Source: a bacterium (lineage in GTDB: Bacteria > Bacteroidota > Ignavibacteria > UBA10030). From it: DNA of 31,560 nucleotides. Under the pieces are notes generated by a model. That model made no database searches, was not told the origin of the DNA, and worked only from the letters and a program-made list of their open reading frames with translations. Where the stretch lies: assembly GCA_043803945.1 (NCBI GenBank), contig JAZDJN010000099.1:1-31560 (forward strand). The letters are read 5' to 3'. This document shows positions 28,040 through 31,560 of the stretch, piece by piece; positions within the stretch are counted from its first letter, which is position 1; each line of letters opens with the position of its first letter. Made by a program: the position numbers and the translations under genes.

Positions 28040-28939
28040 CTATCCGGCTTTTTTCAAAGCCTCGGCACCGCTTACGATCTCGAGAAGTTCTTTTGTAATT
28101 GCTGCCTGTCGGGCATTATTGAATTTCAATGTCAGCGCCCGGATGAGATCTTTTGCATTTTCCGTCGCATTATCCATTGCGGTCATTCGTGCACCCTGTT
28201 CAGCAGCATTCGATTCAAGCAGAATGCGCCAGGCCTGATAGTTGAGATGCCGCGGTATCAGTGCATTGACGAGCTCGACGCTTGAAGGTTCATAAATATA
28301 TTCCACCTGCGCAAGTGCATGGAGATCACCAGGTTTGTGCTGCGTCTCTTCGGGGGGAATGGGGAGCAATTGTTCGACAACAATCTTCTGCTGAATCACC
28401 GACTTGAATTCGTTGTAGATCACTTCAACTTTATCAAACTCGCCTTTCAGGTATCCTTCGGTGATTTCGGTAACGAGCTCACGCGCATCGCCAAAATCGA
28501 GAGAGTTAAAGATGCCGACATGCTTTGCATAGAGCGGATAATTCCGCTTCGAAAAGAATTCGAATCCTCTCTTGCCGACAGTGATCAGGCGAAGATCTTC
28601 CCGCGCAACCTCTTCTTTGTAGTGAGCCTGGATATGCTGAACGGCAGCGCGGATGATGTTGCTGTTGAAGGCACCGCACAATCCACGGTCGGCGGTGACA
28701 ATGATCAGAATCGACTTCTTCACTTCACGGCTTGCCAACAAGGGATTCAGCAAAGGATCAACCTTCGTCACGAGATGGCGCAAGAGTCTGCCCAGCTTGC
28801 GAGCGTACGGCCGTGTTGAAATAATGGCCTCCTGTGCACGGCGAAGTTTTGCCGCAGCGACCATTTTCATCGCTTTCGTGATCTTCTGGGTGTTTTTTAC
28901 GCCGCTGATGCGGCTGCGAATTTCTCTTAATGTTGCCAT
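28040..28939 (-). CDS. atpG: ATP synthase F1 gamma
   Basis: [37 protein letters not shown]. Confidence 0.98.
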   Translation of the reverse strand: MATLREIRSRISGVKNTQKITKAMKMVAAAKLRRAQEAIISTRPYARKLGRLLRHLVTKVDPLLNPLLASREVKKSILIIVTADRGLCGAFNSNIIRAAVQHIQAHYKEEVAREDLRLITVGKRGFEFFSKRNYPLYAKHVGIFNSLDFGDARELVTEITEGYLKGEFDKVEVIYNEFKSVIQQKIVVEQLLPIPPEETQHKPGDLHALAQVEYIYEPSSVELVNALIPRHLNYQAWRILLESNAAEQGARMTAMDNATENAKDLIRALTLKFNNARQAAITKELLEIVSGAEALKKAG

Positions 28940-29197
28940 ACGTTAGTTCGATGTAAAAAATTAGAATCCTTGATGCAAATCAAACCGCCCTACCTGTCCG
29001 CCACGGCGGACACGCAGGCAGGCAAAACGCCAAGCTATAAATAGAATTGGAGAAAAAGATCAGAGAAAAAATTTTCTCTACCATCCTTCGCGTCCTTCCC
29101 GCCTGCCTAAAGGGATTCTTATTGGCGGGCAGGTGTGTCCTTTGCGGAACCTCAAGATGAAAAAGAGTTCTCAATTCATCTTGTTATGTGCTGCACG

Positions 29198-30757
29198 TTA
29201 CGCACTCTTGCCGGATACTTTGAATTTACTCACAAACTCCCTGGCAATGGTTTGCAGCTTGTTGGTGAGTTCATCTGAAATCACTTTTTGTTCTGAGATT
29301 GCTGTAAACACCTCGGGGTATTTCATTTCAATCATCTCATGGAATTCCCGTTCGAATCGCTCAACATCACCCAGGGGAATTTCATCCAGCGAACCGTTCG
29401 TGCCGAGAAAGATACTCACCACCTGTCTTTCCACCGGCATCGGTGCATACTGACCCTGCTTCAAAAGTTCAACCAGCCGCGAACCGCGTCGTAACTGTTG
29501 CTGAGTGGCCTTATCGAGATCGGAACCGAATTTTGCAAATGCTTCGAGATCGCGGTATTGTGCAAGATCGATTCTCAACCGGCCGGCGACCTTTTTCATC
29601 GCCTTGATCTGCGCATTGCCGCCAACGCGGGAAACCGAGATACCGACATTAATGGCAGGCCGGATACCGGCGTTAAACAAATTCGATTCCAGATAAATCT
29701 GCCCGTCGGTAATGGAAATGACATTTGTCGGGATGTAGGCCGAGACATCGCCCGCCTGTGTTTCGATTACCGGCAACGCTGTGAGGCTTCCGCCGCCCAG
29801 CTCATCGCTCAATTTTGAGGCGCGTTCAAGAAGACGTGAGTGCAGATAAAAAACGTCGCCCGGATAGGCTTCACGACCGGGGGGGCGCCGCAGGAGCAGC
29901 GACATCTGGCGATAGGATTGCGCATGCTTCGACAAGTCATCATAAACAACAAGGGCGTGACGGCCGTTATCGCGGAAATATTCTCCCAGCGTTGCCCCGG
30001 CATAGGGAGCAATGAATTGAAGAGGGGCGGAATCGCTTGCCGTCGCCAGGATGACGGTTGTATATTCCATCGCACCCGATTCCTCCAGCTTTGCCACAAC
30101 CTGGGCAATTGTTGAACCCTTCTGACCGATCGCCACATAGATACAATAGACCGGCTTGATCCCTTCCTTTTTTGCTTTTTCCGTGTGGGTGTGCTTCTGG
30201 TTGATGATCGTATCGAGCGCAATGGCTGTCTTGCCGGTTTGCCGGTCACCGATAATCAATTCACGCTGACCGCGGCCGATCGGGATCATTCCATCGACCG
30301 CCTTAATGCCGGTCTGGAGCGGTTCCTTCACGGGCTGACGCTGGATAACACCGAGCGCCTTCCGTTCCAGCGGAAAATATTTTTCAATCTTGATCGGTCC
30401 CTTTCCATCAAGCGGATCGCCAAGAGGCGTGATCACACGGCCGAGCATTTGTTCGCCGACCGGCATGGATGCTACGCGCTTGGTACGCTTGACCGTGTCA
30501 CCCTCTTTAATATGGGAGCATTCGCCAAAGAGCACGCAGCCAACGTTATCTTCTTCAATATTCAATACCATGCCGAAGACGTTGTGGGGAAATTCCACTA
30601 GTTCGCTTGACATTACTTTCGAAAGGCCGTACACCCGAGCAATACCATCGCCTACCTGGAGTACGGTACCCACGTCGTAGATATCGACTTCCTTTTCGAA
30701 GCCGGAGAGTTGTTTACGCAATATCGTCGAAACTTCATCTGGTCTGACTTCTGCCAT
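29198..30757 (-). CDS. atpA: ATP synthase F1 alpha
   Basis: [30 protein letters not shown]. Confidence 0.99.
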   Translation of the reverse strand: MAEVRPDEVSTILRKQLSGFEKEVDIYDVGTVLQVGDGIARVYGLSKVMSSELVEFPHNVFGMVLNIEEDNVGCVLFGECSHIKEGDTVKRTKRVASMPVGEQMLGRVITPLGDPLDGKGPIKIEKYFPLERKALGVIQRQPVKEPLQTGIKAVDGMIPIGRGQRELIIGDRQTGKTAIALDTIINQKHTHTEKAKKEGIKPVYCIYVAIGQKGSTIAQVVAKLEESGAMEYTTVILATASDSAPLQFIAPYAGATLGEYFRDNGRHALVVYDDLSKHAQSYRQMSLLLRRPPGREAYPGDVFYLHSRLLERASKLSDELGGGSLTALPVIETQAGDVSAYIPTNVISITDGQIYLESNLFNAGIRPAINVGISVSRVGGNAQIKAMKKVAGRLRIDLAQYRDLEAFAKFGSDLDKATQQQLRRGSRLVELLKQGQYAPMPVERQVVSIFLGTNGSLDEIPLGDVERFEREFHEMIEMKYPEVFTAISEQKVISDELTNKLQTIAREFVSKFKVSGKSA

Positions 30758-30827
30758 AGATCATTCCTTCGTTTGAATCACAATACAGCAGCGTCCTGAG
30801 TTGCTTGAGTTCTGCCGTACGAAACCA

Positions 30828-31379
30828 TTAATTTTTAGCACCACCTGAAGTGAATCGTTTGTGCATCAGTTCCAACTGGCGCTGGACGCTGCCATTGTAT
30901 ACCGTATCGCCGACGCGGGCGATGAACCCGCCTTTCAGTGCCTTATCGAGCGTGAACGAAATCCGAATCTTCTTCTTCGTCATCTGCTCAAAGCGTTGTT
31001 GGACAGATCGCTGCTGGTCGGCCGACAATTCCGTCGCTGCCTTGAGTTCGAGAGTAACGATGCCCAATCGCTCATCATTGAGTCTGAAGAATTCCTGGAT
31101 AATGCGGGGAAGCACATCTTCCCTTCCCTTCTCTGCAAGCAGGTTGAGAAAGTCCATCGATACGGCATCCAGGTGTTTCTTAAAGAGCTCAGCAAAGACA
31201 ATTCGTTTTTTTTCTTTGGAGATGACAGGGCTCTTCAGGATCATGGAGAACTCCCTCGACGACCGAATGGTCTGATCGAGAACCTGGAGATCACCCGCCA
31301 GACGATCTAGCGTTCTCTGTTCTTCTGCCATTCCCATTAACGCCAGCGCATAGCGGCGTGCGACTCGCATATCACTCAT
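30828..31379 (-). CDS. atpH: ATP synthase F1 delta
   Basis: ARRYALAL ... GGFIARVGD; directly upstream of atpA. Confidence 0.95.
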   Translation of the reverse strand: MSDMRVARRYALALMGMAEEQRTLDRLAGDLQVLDQTIRSSREFSMILKSPVISKEKKRIVFAELFKKHLDAVSMDFLNLLAEKGREDVLPRIIQEFFRLNDERLGIVTLELKAATELSADQQRSVQQRFEQMTKKKIRISFTLDKALKGGFIARVGDTVYNGSVQRQLELMHKRFTSGGAKN

Positions 31380-31440
31380 GAAAAACCTTATCTATGAATC
31401 CAATAACTGTGCCTAGAAACTTGGACGAAAAGTCCAACCA

Positions 31441-31560
<120 letters not shown>

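Noticed and set aside
28004-31310. Plus-strand ORFs antisense to the atp genes (and to other long genes)
   Set aside because: Shadow ORFs of well-supported minus-strand genes, with no motifs.

Overview
31.5 kb from a bacterium that is probably Ignavibacteriota/Bacteroidota-like (QNYPNPFNP-type C-terminal sorting domain; atpH-A-G without atpD/C downstream). The ends carry core genes: esterase, bacilliredoxin and GroES-like on the left, atpG/A/H on the right. The window ends in the 3' end (D5/D6) of a group II intron just upstream of atpH. Between them is an accessory island almost entirely on the minus strand. It holds: (i) a decayed type I R-M/Fic/PIN region; (ii) an integron-type array of about 8 gene cassettes (~8.7-18.6 kb) with long attC sites, two attI-like sites and no integrase, carrying HEPN-like, EVE-nuclease, Ntn-hydrolase-like, BNR-repeat, metallophosphoesterase and duplicated membrane-protein genes; (iii) a Tat-exported enolase-superfamily gene; (iv) a GIY-YIG gene overlapping tRNA-Pro(GGG), with a duplicated tRNA 5' end; (v) a MeTr/MetV/MetF/corrinoid module; (vi) a nucleotide-sugar dehydrogenase between atpG and a diverged copy of the atpG 3' end. 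The most unusual signal is a repeated non-coding platform: sigma70 promoter, ~75-nt conserved leader, then an ACCTC..GAGGT hairpin and an attI-like site. It recurs in whole or part four times and heads each cargo block.
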